64,000 nt of DNA from an uncultured virus (IMG/VR IMGVR_UViG_3300049812_002428). Lineage: Duplodnaviria > Heunggongvirae > Uroviricota > Caudoviricetes. The stretch lies in the IMG/VR virus record IMGVR_UViG_3300049812_002428, one strand, 5' to 3'. Below are positions 43,716-53,804 of this stretch, piece after piece (position 1 is the stretch's first letter; every line of letters begins with the position of its first letter). The notes under the pieces were generated by a model. It saw only the letters and a list, made by a program, of their open reading frames with translations. It ran no database searches and was not told where the DNA came from. A program made the position numbers and the translations under genes.

Positions 43716-45835
43716 GCCACCAGAGAAATAAATTCACCTAGAACTTTTTTATTTAGTTTCTTAGTCTTAAGAGACTTGATAAAAGCAGACTTGATCTTTG
43801 CTTTAGTTGCACCCTCATCAACTTCAAAGTCTGCATCCTGTGATAGGGAAGCAGCAGACATAGCAAAGTATGCATGATATCCAGAAGTCTTGATGGTGAA
43901 ACTACGTTGCTTCTTCCACTCGCGATGAAGTTTCCAGTAATCATCAGTGTTCTGATCGTAGTAGAGTTTCATAAAGTGATTTGCATCACGACTATCAAGA
44001 ACACGAATACCCACAAAGTTTACAGTCGGGAAGTTGTCGCGAAGATTCTCAAGCATCATGTCAGTGAAACCGTGCCAACCATAAGGGACCTGATAGGTGT
44101 TACCAGTCTTACGATCACGGAGAAAAGTAGAGCCGCCAGTCAACTGCCGAGTTCCCATATAAGGTTCATTCTCCCAGTGACGTTTTACCTCAACATGACG
44201 AGAAAGATGACTAGCTTCACCATCAGTCAGGACAATGCACTGAACTTTTTGCAGTTTGTTCTCCTTTTGAAACTGAGGAAGAATCTGATGAAGAGTAACA
44301 AATGCTTCATTCAAAGGAGTGCCAGACAAACCGATACGAGTAGGAACAGAGTAGCAAGATCCGTAGAAGTTACCAAAAGCTTTTGCACACCTCCAGATGT
44401 TGATCATCTGATGTTCAAGTTGCTTACCATTTGTCTTGCTGGTCAGAAGATTCATCATAGAAAACTGTTCGTGAACAGCAAGGAGATTCTCTTTCTTCTC
44501 ATAAGAAGAAGTCCAATCTGCTGGTTTCACAATCTCGTTTGTTTCATGATTAATCTCAGGTCTCTTCCACTCATTCGTGAAAGCATACACCTCAAAAGGA
44601 ATAGAGACTTTCTTACAGAACCAGATCAAATTGTAGAGTTGCTTGATTGTGTCAAGCATCACACGGCTCATAGAACCACTCCAGTCAAGGACAAAGATTA
44701 GTCCATGATTCTTACCATCAGGAATTACAGAGACTTTCTTGAATAGATCTTCGTTGTACTTGTAAGTGTGTAGTTTAGAAGTATCAAGAATACCAGTGCG
44801 AGCAGTGGTGGCACGGGCATAGGAATCTGCTGCCTTGCGACATTCAAACTCTTTTACCAGATAGTTTACTTCTTTCTGTGCATTACGTTTGAACTTGATA
44901 AACTCTTCATCAGTTTTGTCAAAAAGACTTTCATGAACACTAGTCTTTTGATAATTGAACCATTCATCAATCTCTTTGTGAATATCATCGTTCTTAGCAA
45001 TAATATACTTCAAATTAACCTTAGGAATCTCCACATATACATTTTCCCACGTATCCTCATTCACAAGATCCTGCAGATTTGATTCCAAAGCATCAGCAGT
45101 CTGAACTTCTGGTTCATCAGTCAGAGGGGCAGTAGCAGATTGATCTGCTTCTGGCATGGGAGTTTGTTCCTGAGAGTCACCAGAACCCTCTCCAGAGGTG
45201 TCCTGTTGCTCCTGCAATTCACTAGCAGGTTGATCAGACTCACCACCCATATTAGGTGGTATTTCAGTATCATCAACCTTTTCCTCTTTCTCTTTCTTAC
45301 AGAACAAGTAGAGCTCTTCTGCAACCTTCAGCACATCGTCGAAGGTCTCTACATCTGCAATCTTCTGAATCAATACTTTCTCTTCAGAGTCAAAAGTGAT
45401 GTCTACAAAATTACCGACCTTAAAGTATAGATTTGCACGGTCAGCAAGGTTAAAAGTAGAAACAGACTCATCAGAAATAGAAAAGAAGTCCTCGTCATTT
45501 AGTTCTTGGTAACCTTTGAAAAACGTCTTTGCAAGTCCCATGTACTTGCGTTTCATAAGTTTCTCAATACGGGCATCTTCCACAACGTTTACGAACTGAG
45601 GGGGAACAGCAACCTTCTCTAACCAGTTCTCATCAGGGGTGAAGAGAGCGTGTCCAACCTCATGACCAACCAGCAAGTCGTAGACGATATTGCTTGCTTT
45701 CTCCCACATAGGAAGGGTCAAAACACGGGTGTGGACGTTGAAGCAAGCAGTCTGCACTTGCTTGTGCTCCACGATCAAGTCCTCAGTGGCAAGCAGTTTA
45801 GCAAGTTGAGATTTGATTTCGTGTTTGACTGCCAT
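43712..45835 (-). CDS. CobT-like protein: HExxH metallopeptidase-like N-terminus, acidic linker, vWA domain
   Basis: HEVGH, NVVEDARIE, LDWSGSM MIDAS, GTPL, LTDGE. Confidence 0.8.
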   Translation of the reverse strand: MAVKHEIKSQLAKLLATEDLIVEHKQVQTACFNVHTRVLTLPMWEKASNIVYDLLVGHEVGHALFTPDENWLEKVAVPPQFVNVVEDARIEKLMKRKYMGLAKTFFKGYQELNDEDFFSISDESVSTFNLADRANLYFKVGNFVDITFDSEEKVLIQKIADVETFDDVLKVAEELYLFCKKEKEEKVDDTEIPPNMGGESDQPASELQEQQDTSGEGSGDSQEQTPMPEADQSATAPLTDEPEVQTADALESNLQDLVNEDTWENVYVEIPKVNLKYIIAKNDDIHKEIDEWFNYQKTSVHESLFDKTDEEFIKFKRNAQKEVNYLVKEFECRKAADSYARATTARTGILDTSKLHTYKYNEDLFKKVSVIPDGKNHGLIFVLDWSGSMSRVMLDTIKQLYNLIWFCKKVSIPFEVYAFTNEWKRPEINHETNEIVKPADWTSSYEKKENLLAVHEQFSMMNLLTSKTNGKQLEHQMINIWRCAKAFGNFYGSCYSVPTRIGLSGTPLNEAFVTLHQILPQFQKENKLQKVQCIVLTDGEASHLSRHVEVKRHWENEPYMGTRQLTGGSTFLRDRKTGNTYQVPYGWHGFTDMMLENLRDNFPTVNFVGIRVLDSRDANHFMKLYYDQNTDDYWKLHREWKKQRSFTIKTSGYHAYFAMSAASLSQDADFEVDEGATKAKIKSAFIKSLKTKKLNKKVLGEFISLVA

Positions 45836-45924
45836 GGTGGTTTCTCTTGTATGCACCTATAATACTAAACCCCCACCTTTCGGTGAGGGCCCTTAGTGAC
45901 AGTTCCTATAGTGTCTACGATGTG

Positions 45925-46107
45925 CTATGAAAGAATACTCCTACAGATTCGTTTACAAGTCGCCTGATCGTCATCGCACTCAATAAGGCAATCGTAATAA
46001 TCGTTTAGCTGATCAGATTCATTCATCGTTCGATCTAACGTATGAGTCAAACGTTCAACACTTTGTTTCCAACCCGCTAATTGATTATATGAAAGTATGT
46101 TGTGCAT
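45925..46107 (-). CDS. Small four-Cys protein
   Basis: YYDCLIECDDDQATCKRIC; AGGAG SD. Confidence 0.75.
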   Translation of the reverse strand: MHNILSYNQLAGWKQSVERLTHTLDRTMNESDQLNDYYDCLIECDDDQATCKRICRSILS

Positions 46108-46248
46108 GATGTCTCCTATTATACAGTCGGGACAATAACAAAGAAAAACTTTGGTTACATAAGTGTCTCCTTATTCATTCTACACTATCTAGTCAGGAAA
46201 CCATAACATTTCTAGTTTTTAATGAAGTTCGGTAATATTTTATAATAT

Positions 46249-46872
46249 TTAAAAATTCCTATACAGAACTTCATAGTCTTTTTTATAACAACTGCGTATA
46301 TTTACCTCCAGTGCCGGACTATTCTTTAGCTTATTGCCCTCATCTCCAGACTTAGGGTAATCAATATTATCCTGAAACTTCAGGTTAACTCCAATAATCT
46401 TACTCAACCAAGATACAAACTCATCACCTATCTTATCTTCAAACTTCCAAATGTGAGTCTTGTCAGTCAGAAAATCAATCTGAGGTCTGTACCAATTCCA
46501 TGCTCCCTCAAAGGGAAGATTCTGAATCATTGATGCGAACATCATGGGATCTTCCATAACTGACTGAATATCATCACCATACGTTCTCTTCAGATAAACC
46601 GAACCAGAAATGAATCTAGTGATGGGACTTCTAACAATGGAAAAATGTGGGATGTTCTCTACATCCAAATACTCTTGATAGTGCTGACGATGATAATGTG
46701 CAATCTCTACACCATTAACTACAGACATGACACCAAGACCAGTATCCATGTGATTCTCTCCCCACTCAAATCCATTTGCCAAGAGATTTGCCTCTACAAA
46801 TCTTCCTGCCGTTCTAGGTATATGAGCAAAGAATACTTTCTTACCAGTGTCTTTATGAATGAATGTAGGCAT
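46249..46872 (-). CDS. Sulfotransferase family protein
   Basis: FAHIPRTAG (5'-PSB), VRSPITRFIS (3'-PB), RPQ, YKKDYE. Confidence 0.75.
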   Translation of the reverse strand: MPTFIHKDTGKKVFFAHIPRTAGRFVEANLLANGFEWGENHMDTGLGVMSVVNGVEIAHYHRQHYQEYLDVENIPHFSIVRSPITRFISGSVYLKRTYGDDIQSVMEDPMMFASMIQNLPFEGAWNWYRPQIDFLTDKTHIWKFEDKIGDEFVSWLSKIIGVNLKFQDNIDYPKSGDEGNKLKNSPALEVNIRSCYKKDYEVLYRNF

Positions 46873-48584
46873 CAGGAAACCATTCTACTGAATCCTTTTA
46901 CCTTCTCAAATTTAATCACTTGGTCAAACTTATCGTGCAGTGATTCCTTATGAGAGATGACAAAGATATTTGCATCCTTGATAATGAATCGAATAATCTT
47001 CAGGAAGTCTTCTGTACCAAGACCATCCAGAGAACTATCAAACACCTCATCCATAATGAGTAGATTCGTATTGACAGAGTTCTTCATCCTTGCTACCTCT
47101 CTCCAGGTAAACAAGAGTGCCAGGTCAATTCTCATTTTCTCTCCCTCGCTGAAAGAAGAATAAGAAAAGTTTTCGTGGATTGGGGACTGGACGGTTTCGT
47201 TAAATTCCTCATCAAGGGAGAAGTTAATGTAAAAGTCCATAAGTTGTAGATACTTATTGACTTGCTGATTTATCAGCGGTAGATACTTCTTAATGATTTT
47301 GGTCTTGACTCCACCGTCTTTAAGTAGACTATACGAAAAATCGTAATAGTTAATTGTGTCCTTACGTTGAGCGAGTTCGTCGTATGTAGTTTGTAAGTTG
47401 TCCTTGAAGGTTGCTAGCTTCTCATCTTCAGTACTTCTGTTTGCAAGTTGGTCGGTAACTCTTTGAATTTCCGATTCCAGATCTCTGACTTGTCGTTGAC
47501 ATCCAGCGATCTTAATATTGTTTTGAGAAATGCCATGCGTTAGTGTTGTAATCTCCTTCGATAGGATAGTGAATTGACGCTCTCGCTCTTCTTCCTTTTT
47601 AATTGCCTCCTCCAGTTCTTTATAACCAGATTGCAACTCTTTAGCTTTAGTTTGAGCATCGTTAATTCTATTTATTCTAAAAGTCTCCTCAATCTCCTGA
47701 TCACAGGTAGGACAAACCGTATTCTGTGTAAAAAATTTATGTTCCTTAGTGATGCTTGATACTTTCTGAGAAATTTTACCTTTCAGATTGCCAAGGGTGC
47801 GAAGTTTTTCTGTAGATCCTACTACATCTTCAATCTCTTTATTCAACTTAAATACATCTTCTTCGATGATAGAATTATTATTCATCAAATTATTCTCTTC
47901 AATAAGGAGTTCTGAAATTCTTACTTCCTTACTTTTAATATTTTCCTTACTACGATTCTCCAACTCTTCAATAAAGTTTTCCTGCATCTGAACTTTTTCG
48001 GTCAGAGATTCTTTCTTAAGATCAAGAACCTTAACTTCATCTTTAAGATTGCGAATCTTATCTTTGATTAAATTATTCATTGAAGAGAAGATACGAATAT
48101 CAAGAAGGTCTTCAATTACATCTCTACGATTTGCAGCAGTCAACTGCATAAAAGGCACAAACGTACTGCTACCCAAGATAACAATCTGAGTGAAAGATTT
48201 ATAGTTCATCTTCAGAACATTCTGCTCTAACCACTTCTGTTGGTCTAGTGCAGCTGCAGATTGATCAAGAGGGGTATTATCCCGATAGATTTCAAATAAA
48301 TTTGGTTTGATACCACGAATAACTTTCCAGTTTACATTACCAATAGAAAACTCAACTTCTACTTTACAGTCCTTTTCATTGACGGAGTTGACAAGTTGAG
48401 GTTTATTAATTTTACGAAAAGGTTTTCCAAACAAAGAAAAACAGAGAGCATCCAATATTGTACTCTTACCTGCACCGTTAGTGCCGATAACAACATTGGT
48501 GGTCTTCTCTGTAAAACAAATTTCAGTAAATTGATTACCAGTGCTTAAAAAGTTCTTCCAACGAACCTTTTCAAATAAAATCAT
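46872..48584 (-). CDS. gp46: Recombination ATPase (Rad50/SbcC-like)
   Basis: GTNGAGKS, CPTC hook, FSEGEK, MDEVFD. Confidence 0.96.
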   Translation of the reverse strand: MILFEKVRWKNFLSTGNQFTEICFTEKTTNVVIGTNGAGKSTILDALCFSLFGKPFRKINKPQLVNSVNEKDCKVEVEFSIGNVNWKVIRGIKPNLFEIYRDNTPLDQSAAALDQQKWLEQNVLKMNYKSFTQIVILGSSTFVPFMQLTAANRRDVIEDLLDIRIFSSMNNLIKDKIRNLKDEVKVLDLKKESLTEKVQMQENFIEELENRSKENIKSKEVRISELLIEENNLMNNNSIIEEDVFKLNKEIEDVVGSTEKLRTLGNLKGKISQKVSSITKEHKFFTQNTVCPTCDQEIEETFRINRINDAQTKAKELQSGYKELEEAIKKEEERERQFTILSKEITTLTHGISQNNIKIAGCQRQVRDLESEIQRVTDQLANRSTEDEKLATFKDNLQTTYDELAQRKDTINYYDFSYSLLKDGGVKTKIIKKYLPLINQQVNKYLQLMDFYINFSLDEEFNETVQSPIHENFSYSSFSEGEKMRIDLALLFTWREVARMKNSVNTNLLIMDEVFDSSLDGLGTEDFLKIIRFIIKDANIFVISHKESLHDKFDQVIKFEKVKGFSRMVS

Positions 48585-48843
48585 GTGTCTCTTTAGGAGG
48601 AATTACAAGGTCGTTCTTGCTAATGATAGCATACTTATAGTCTTGCATCTCGCAAGTTTTAATCATTATCTTATCTTCAATCTCAATGACATGCATGGTT
48701 GGACTTCCTTCATCCTCCAACATCATAGCATATCTCATGGCATCGTCTTCACCCTCAAATAGATAAAGTATCTGTTCTCCTTCGTCATCTACTACTGAAT
48801 ATGCCCCTTCAGTTTCTTTTCCATATATCGTTAGAATAAACAT
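48571..48843 (-). CDS. Hypothetical protein
   Basis: EGAYSV, LYLFEGEDDAMRY; between gp47 and gp46. Confidence 0.75.
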   Translation of the reverse strand: MFILTIYGKETEGAYSVVDDEGEQILYLFEGEDDAMRYAMMLEDEGSPTMHVIEIEDKIMIKTCEMQDYKYAIISKNDLVIPPKETHDFI

Positions 48844-49886
48844 TATACAAGTTCACATGCTTCCTGATAAGTTTGTTTCATAATATTTTGAATCACAGTT
48901 TTATCAAGATTGATCTCTGACTCCTGAATGTATCTATCCAAGATAGACAGAGTGTCTTCAGATTCAAAGACTTCAAACTCTTCAGATTCTTCAATAACAA
49001 AACTCTCAATTACCTTTAGATCTGCAACACCAGCAGAATAAAGTTTATCAACAAACTTTTCAAAGTTTTTTGTATCCGTTTTCTTACGAACAATAACCTT
49101 TACAATTTTATTCTCATACTCACTCGCATCAAAGAGTTGATGTGGAGTGTCTTCATAGTAGATATTATAGAAGAGACGATAAGGATTATCTACGTGAAAA
49201 TGTTCAAGAGTTTCTGTATCAAAGATGGTGAATCCTCTCCGATCACCGACATCGTTCCAGAACATCTCGTATGGATTTCCCAAGTAGTAGATCCGTCCAT
49301 CATCCGATCGAGTGTGGTAGTGACCGCTGAAGACATGGGTGAACTTCTCAAATAACTCGCTTGCATAACCATGCTCCATGACGCAGCCTCGATGAGCTCT
49401 AAATCCGTTGAGTTCAAGGTGCCCCATCGCGCAGTGGCAATCTGACGTTTGAATAAATTTAAAAGTGCGTTCCTCATTTTCTTTGTTAATCCATGGAATA
49501 AACAATACTTTAAGCCATTCATCTATACTAACTTCCGTTGCTTCAGAATAGACTGTCACGTTATCGTATTCACGAAGCAGCAAATCAACAGCATTTACAT
49601 CATTAGTATTCTTGTAGTATGCTGTATGATTTCCCACAATCGTGTGAACGTGAATTCCCATACCCTTAAGACGGTCATAGTAATTGTCCTTTGCCCATGC
49701 TAGGGCAGAAAAGTCAATACCTTTACGACTATCAAAAGTATCCCCCATATCAATAAGGGTAGTGATACCATGCTCTTCTAGGTATGGAAAGAAGATGTCA
49801 TTGTAGAACTTCAGAAAATAGTCATGAAACAACTTGGAGTTCTTGCGGGCACCGAAGTGTTGGTCGGTGATGATTGCTACTTTCAT
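48843..49886 (-). CDS. gp47: Recombination nuclease (Mre11/SbcD-like)
   Basis: TDQHFG, GDTFD, VGNH, SGHYH. Confidence 0.95.
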   Translation of the reverse strand: MKVAIITDQHFGARKNSKLFHDYFLKFYNDIFFPYLEEHGITTLIDMGDTFDSRKGIDFSALAWAKDNYYDRLKGMGIHVHTIVGNHTAYYKNTNDVNAVDLLLREYDNVTVYSEATEVSIDEWLKVLFIPWINKENEERTFKFIQTSDCHCAMGHLELNGFRAHRGCVMEHGYASELFEKFTHVFSGHYHTRSDDGRIYYLGNPYEMFWNDVGDRRGFTIFDTETLEHFHVDNPYRLFYNIYYEDTPHQLFDASEYENKIVKVIVRKKTDTKNFEKFVDKLYSAGVADLKVIESFVIEESEEFEVFESEDTLSILDRYIQESEINLDKTVIQNIMKQTYQEACELV

Positions 49887-50380
49887 TAATTATAACGAAG
49901 TTTAGAATGAACAGCATCTTTGATGCTATTGTAATCCGAATAGTTCGATCCGTCAAGGGTGTTGTTGTCATCAAACACCTCACTGTAACCAGATCGTTCG
50001 ATAATCTTGTTCTTGATTTCTAGTTGACGCTTTTCCCTTTGGATCCTGCGGAGAAACGCATAATGAATGATCTGCGTAAAGTAAGCAAAAGGATTTTGGG
50101 ATTTCTCAGGATTAAAATTATGAATGTACTGAACGCAATTTTCGATTCCATCAGAGATCATATCCTCCTTAAACATGTAGTTTACAAAGTTCGGTTTGAA
50201 GGACAAGTGATTTGCGATCTTCAAGAAACACTCCCCAATGTAGCGTGGAATGGGAGGTTTGGGAAGACCTTTTGCTACTGCAATCTCTTTGTCTTCACGA
50301 TACTTGATAAGTGCTGCCAGAAATTCTTTATTATTGACGTAATGTTCCGACCTTTTTCTCTTTGCCATGGGTCTTATCAT
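49886..50380 (-). CDS. gp55: Late-transcription sigma factor
   Basis: HYVNNKEF, EDMISDGIENC, NPFAYFTQI. Confidence 0.95.
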   Translation of the reverse strand: MIRPMAKRKRSEHYVNNKEFLAALIKYREDKEIAVAKGLPKPPIPRYIGECFLKIANHLSFKPNFVNYMFKEDMISDGIENCVQYIHNFNPEKSQNPFAYFTQIIHYAFLRRIQREKRQLEIKNKIIERSGYSEVFDDNNTLDGSNYSDYNSIKDAVHSKLRYN

Positions 50381-50404
50381 AAACTTATATCATAATATCT
50401 ATCA

Positions 50405-50433
50405 ATTATATCATTTCCACAAACACTTGACAA
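50405..50433 (-). promoter_or_regulatory. Sigma70-type promoter for gp55
   Basis: TTGTCA-N17-TATAAT with TG extension. Confidence 0.7.
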
Positions 50434-50485
50434 GTATCAAAAACACGATAGAATACCTTTGTGGAGGTTGATAAGAAAAGCTTAA

Positions 50486-50878
50486 TTACTTACTTTTATA
50501 GAGTTTCTCTAGTATTTCTTTTACATCATTAACATTACCAATCCTACCCATTCTACGATTAATTTTAGATTCGTTGGGAGTGGTATCTTGAGAGGACCTT
50601 ACATAGTCCTGATACATCATGATCATTTCAATATCGTTCGATTCGGACATTGTAAGTACATCACTCATGTTAATTACAAACATGTCCTCTGTAGTTGTCT
50701 TCAGCCAAGGTTCTATTTTGTAACCTGCAACACCATGTTTCGTTCTAATCTCATCAACAATGATTGGATTAGATACTAGGAGCATTGTTCTGTCATCTTC
50801 TTCTGAAGCAGCAACTCTAGCAAAGAGTTCCTCTCCTGTTTTTAACTTTAATGTACAGTAAAAATCGTCTTCTATCAT
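50486..50878 (-). CDS. Hypothetical protein (Sm-like fold possible)
   Basis: LKLKTGEELFA, EPWL. Confidence 0.75.
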   Translation of the reverse strand: MIEDDFYCTLKLKTGEELFARVAASEEDDRTMLLVSNPIIVDEIRTKHGVAGYKIEPWLKTTTEDMFVINMSDVLTMSESNDIEMIMMYQDYVRSSQDTTPNESKINRRMGRIGNVNDVKEILEKLYKSK

Positions 50879-52350
50879 GTTTTTAATTGAATAGTGATTA
50901 TCTCATAGTTAAAATTTTCTTCATTATAAATTTTAATTCTTTCTATGAAATGATTAAGAGTGTAATTTTTTCTTGATTTAGTTGAACAATCATCAGATAT
51001 ATCGTAAAGAGTTGCTTTTACTTTGTCTTTTCCTTTTCTAAGAACTCGTCCAATACTCTGAAGATTGCGGATTCTGGACTTACTTGGAGAGGCAAAGATA
51101 ACATTATGGAGTTTTTTAATATTGATACCTGTACTAAAAGTTCCATAAGAGGCGACGATAATAGCGTTGTTTTCTCGTTCTGTAATTTCTCTTACTTGTT
51201 CTCTCTCCTCAGCATCTACTCCGCCATGTACAAAAAATACCTTACGGTCATCTCGCTTGTTATTATTTATCTCATCGTAGAGAACCTGGCCATGTGCTTC
51301 GACTCTTGCAAAAAGAATAAGTGTATTTCCTTTAAGATCTAATGCAAGGTTTTTAATGAAACGGTTTCTCTGTTCATGAGAGATAAGATATTCAATCTCA
51401 TCATTGTAAGTTTCAAAAGTTTGTGGTTTGTGCTTGAGAACTAAACATTGTATATCTAATTGAGATAGATGTCCTTGTCTCATCAACTCATCAGTTCTAG
51501 TAACTTTGTATGATGGTCCAAAGAGACCTTCTAGAACCCATTTGTGAGTTTGTGTACCATCTAAAGTTCCAGTGAACCCAAATCTATATTTTGCATGATG
51601 AAGTTTAGTCATAATCTGAATTAAAGATTTAGACTTGAATAAATGTGCTTCATCGCCTATAATACAACCATAGTCTTCAAAGAAAGATCGTTCTAGTTTA
51701 TATACTGACTGCCAAGTTGTAATTGTCACTGGAGCATCATTACTCTTTTCCCTTCCAGAATAGATTTTATGACAATATGAGTCAGCATCCCAACCATAAT
51801 CAAGAAAATCCTTGTACATCTGCTCTACAAGAGATGTCGTCGGAACAACTAAAAGAATTTTTTCTCCTCGGTCTACATAATATCTTACGAGAGAATAGAT
51901 CATCAATGATTTGCCAGAAGCAGTGGGGCTTATCAATAGCTTTCTATTGTGCTTTAGAGCGCCGTATACTCCCTCAATTTGATATTTCCTGGGAGTGTGA
52001 ACACAAATAGAATTCATATAATCCTTTACACCTTCTTCTGAGATGTGCTCATTCTCCTCATAAGGAGTACCATAGAACTTATTATCCTCAAACTTATAAC
52101 TATATCCGTATTGCTCGCAGAAATTTACGATTTTATCTAACAGACCGACATAGATTTGCTTGGAACGCATATCAAAGAGATGAATCTCTCCATTCCAGTT
52201 TCTACCACGGTACTGTGGCATAAATTTCGCATTAGGAACCTCAAACTTAAAGTGATCTCTAAGTTCATATTCTATATGAGGTTCAGTATTAATTTTTAGA
52301 AATACTTCGTTTGATTTTGATATAACAAGATTGGCAGTTGTATCAATCAC
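50875..52350 (-). CDS. uvsW: RNA-DNA/DNA-DNA helicase
   Basis: PTASGKS, GDEAH, FTGT, QSIGRVLR. Confidence 0.95.
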   Translation of the reverse strand: MIDTTANLVISKSNEVFLKINTEPHIEYELRDHFKFEVPNAKFMPQYRGRNWNGEIHLFDMRSKQIYVGLLDKIVNFCEQYGYSYKFEDNKFYGTPYEENEHISEEGVKDYMNSICVHTPRKYQIEGVYGALKHNRKLLISPTASGKSLMIYSLVRYYVDRGEKILLVVPTTSLVEQMYKDFLDYGWDADSYCHKIYSGREKSNDAPVTITTWQSVYKLERSFFEDYGCIIGDEAHLFKSKSLIQIMTKLHHAKYRFGFTGTLDGTQTHKWVLEGLFGPSYKVTRTDELMRQGHLSQLDIQCLVLKHKPQTFETYNDEIEYLISHEQRNRFIKNLALDLKGNTLILFARVEAHGQVLYDEINNNKRDDRKVFFVHGGVDAEEREQVREITERENNAIIVASYGTFSTGINIKKLHNVIFASPSKSRIRNLQSIGRVLRKGKDKVKATLYDISDDCSTKSRKNYTLNHFIERIKIYNEENFNYEIITIQLKT

Positions 52351-52377
52351 GTAGATCCATTCATCTACGAATATTTA

Positions 52378-52560
52378 TTACATATTGCTAAACCTATGTT
52401 CAAGCATAATTCTATAGAAATGATCTCTCATTGCCTGAAGGTTTTCTTGCTCCTCTGCTTTTCCACCAGACCATTTCTCACAAGCTTGGGAAAGACCCAA
52501 GTGAATGATACGAACTGCTTCTATTGGTAGTTCCAGATGATAATAATCTTCTTCTTCCAT
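52378..52560 (-). CDS. Small hypothetical protein
   Basis: 60 aa, TAATG-coupled to uvsY. Confidence 0.7.
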   Translation of the reverse strand: MEEEDYYHLELPIEAVRIIHLGLSQACEKWSGGKAEEQENLQAMRDHFYRIMLEHRFSNM

Positions 52561-52994
52561 TATCCTAGTCCTGCATTAAATCTCATAAACTCTATGGCGT
52601 TTTTGATTTGATAAGTTCTATTAGTTATCTGTTTGAGAATACTTTCGATGTATACTAACATCGTATCATAGTAATCTATCTTCAAACATATTGTAGACAA
52701 TTTTTCATCAGCGTCAAGATACTTTTGCATTGTATCCTTGTCACGAATCTTTTTTGGAAATGGATTTTCTACGTATACATCAGGATCAGCTTTACCACTG
52801 AAATATTCATATCTTTCGTGTCTAATATTTTTTCTTTGCTGCTCTGCTTTCTTTCTCATTAGAAAGATAGTGTTGTACATTTCAAAATACTTCGCATGGA
52901 GAGTGGGAATATTTGTGGACTCCGTGTGAAGGTTGTCCATGTCAATCTTAGAATCTTTTTCCCACATTCCTTGAAGTGCATCAAGGTCGATCAT
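52560..52994 (-). CDS. uvsY: Recombination mediator
   Basis: WEKDSKID, IPTLHAKY, YLDAD, RTYQIKNAIEF. Confidence 0.9.
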   Translation of the reverse strand: MIDLDALQGMWEKDSKIDMDNLHTESTNIPTLHAKYFEMYNTIFLMRKKAEQQRKNIRHERYEYFSGKADPDVYVENPFPKKIRDKDTMQKYLDADEKLSTICLKIDYYDTMLVYIESILKQITNRTYQIKNAIEFMRFNAGLG

Positions 52995-53554
52995 AAAGGA
53001 CGATTACGCATATCAACTATATTGTACATAGTATACTTGAAACTTACCTCTGCTGTAAAGTACTCGATATCTGTATCAGTTGCATCAAAAGTAACAGTTG
53101 ATAAGGAATATGGAAATACATCTTTAAAGAATACTTGAAATTTGGGAACTAAGTTATTGCTGAGGATTTGTAATGTAGCGTCAGAATATATGTTTAATCC
53201 TTCATTCTTATATTGTCCACCTACATCACCAGGACCAAGTTTTTGGAGATCAATGATATCTTTTCCAGATTCAGGATATCCTAATCCACGAATCCATTTT
53301 TGGATTTCCATGTAGTTACCAAGATCTTCATCGACCAAGAATCGAATCGTCAAATCCCCAAACTGAACTTTGTCTCCTGGGATATCAAGATCTCTTAGAT
53401 AAGTCGATTGAGTTGCTGTTCCCATATCCATGGATGGGATATTTGCTTGGTTGCAGAAGAAAGCAACTTGAGGACTTCTCTTCAGGAGAAACTTAAATCC
53501 TGTTGGGGATAGAAAATTTCTATTCTCAATTTGTCTTGATGAGGTATCGGGCAT
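52991..53554 (-). CDS. gp3: Tail completion/sheath stabilizer
   Basis: NFLSPTGF, FFCNQANIP, FLVDEDLGNY. Confidence 0.88.
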   Translation of the reverse strand: MPDTSSRQIENRNFLSPTGFKFLLKRSPQVAFFCNQANIPSMDMGTATQSTYLRDLDIPGDKVQFGDLTIRFLVDEDLGNYMEIQKWIRGLGYPESGKDIIDLQKLGPGDVGGQYKNEGLNIYSDATLQILSNNLVPKFQVFFKDVFPYSLSTVTFDATDTDIEYFTAEVSFKYTMYNIVDMRNRPL

Positions 53555-53556
53555 TA

Positions 53557-53742
53557 TTATTCACTAACAACAGTTGCGCCAGTCCAACCACCATTAGTTC
53601 CATCGGTGTTATTCATTTCGCTACTAGGATCACTAGAGTAGATCTTTCTTTCAGAGTAGTCATCAGTCCATCTTCTATTACCAGTATAGTATACATCTAC
53701 ACTAGAATTGATGAGACTTGGTTTCTTGATGTGATAAGGCAT
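53557..53742 (-). CDS. Small hypothetical protein
   Basis: 61 aa; CTAAATA at 53765-53771. Confidence 0.65.
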   Translation of the reverse strand: MPYHIKKPSLINSSVDVYYTGNRRWTDDYSERKIYSSDPSSEMNNTDGTNGGWTGATVVSE

Positions 53743-53804
53743 TTTTTTTATTTCTCTACATCCTTATTTAGTACTAAAAAAGGGGGTAAAACCCCCCATG
53801 CCAG

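Noticed and set aside
43874..44701. 275-aa plus-strand ORF (likewise 8685-9311, 23171-23842, 41230-41784)
   Set aside because: Wholly or almost wholly antisense to well-supported minus-strand genes
45925..46107. CP12 assignment for the four-Cys protein
   Set aside because: Lacks the CP12 AWDxVEE core and C-terminal CxxxPxxxEC pattern
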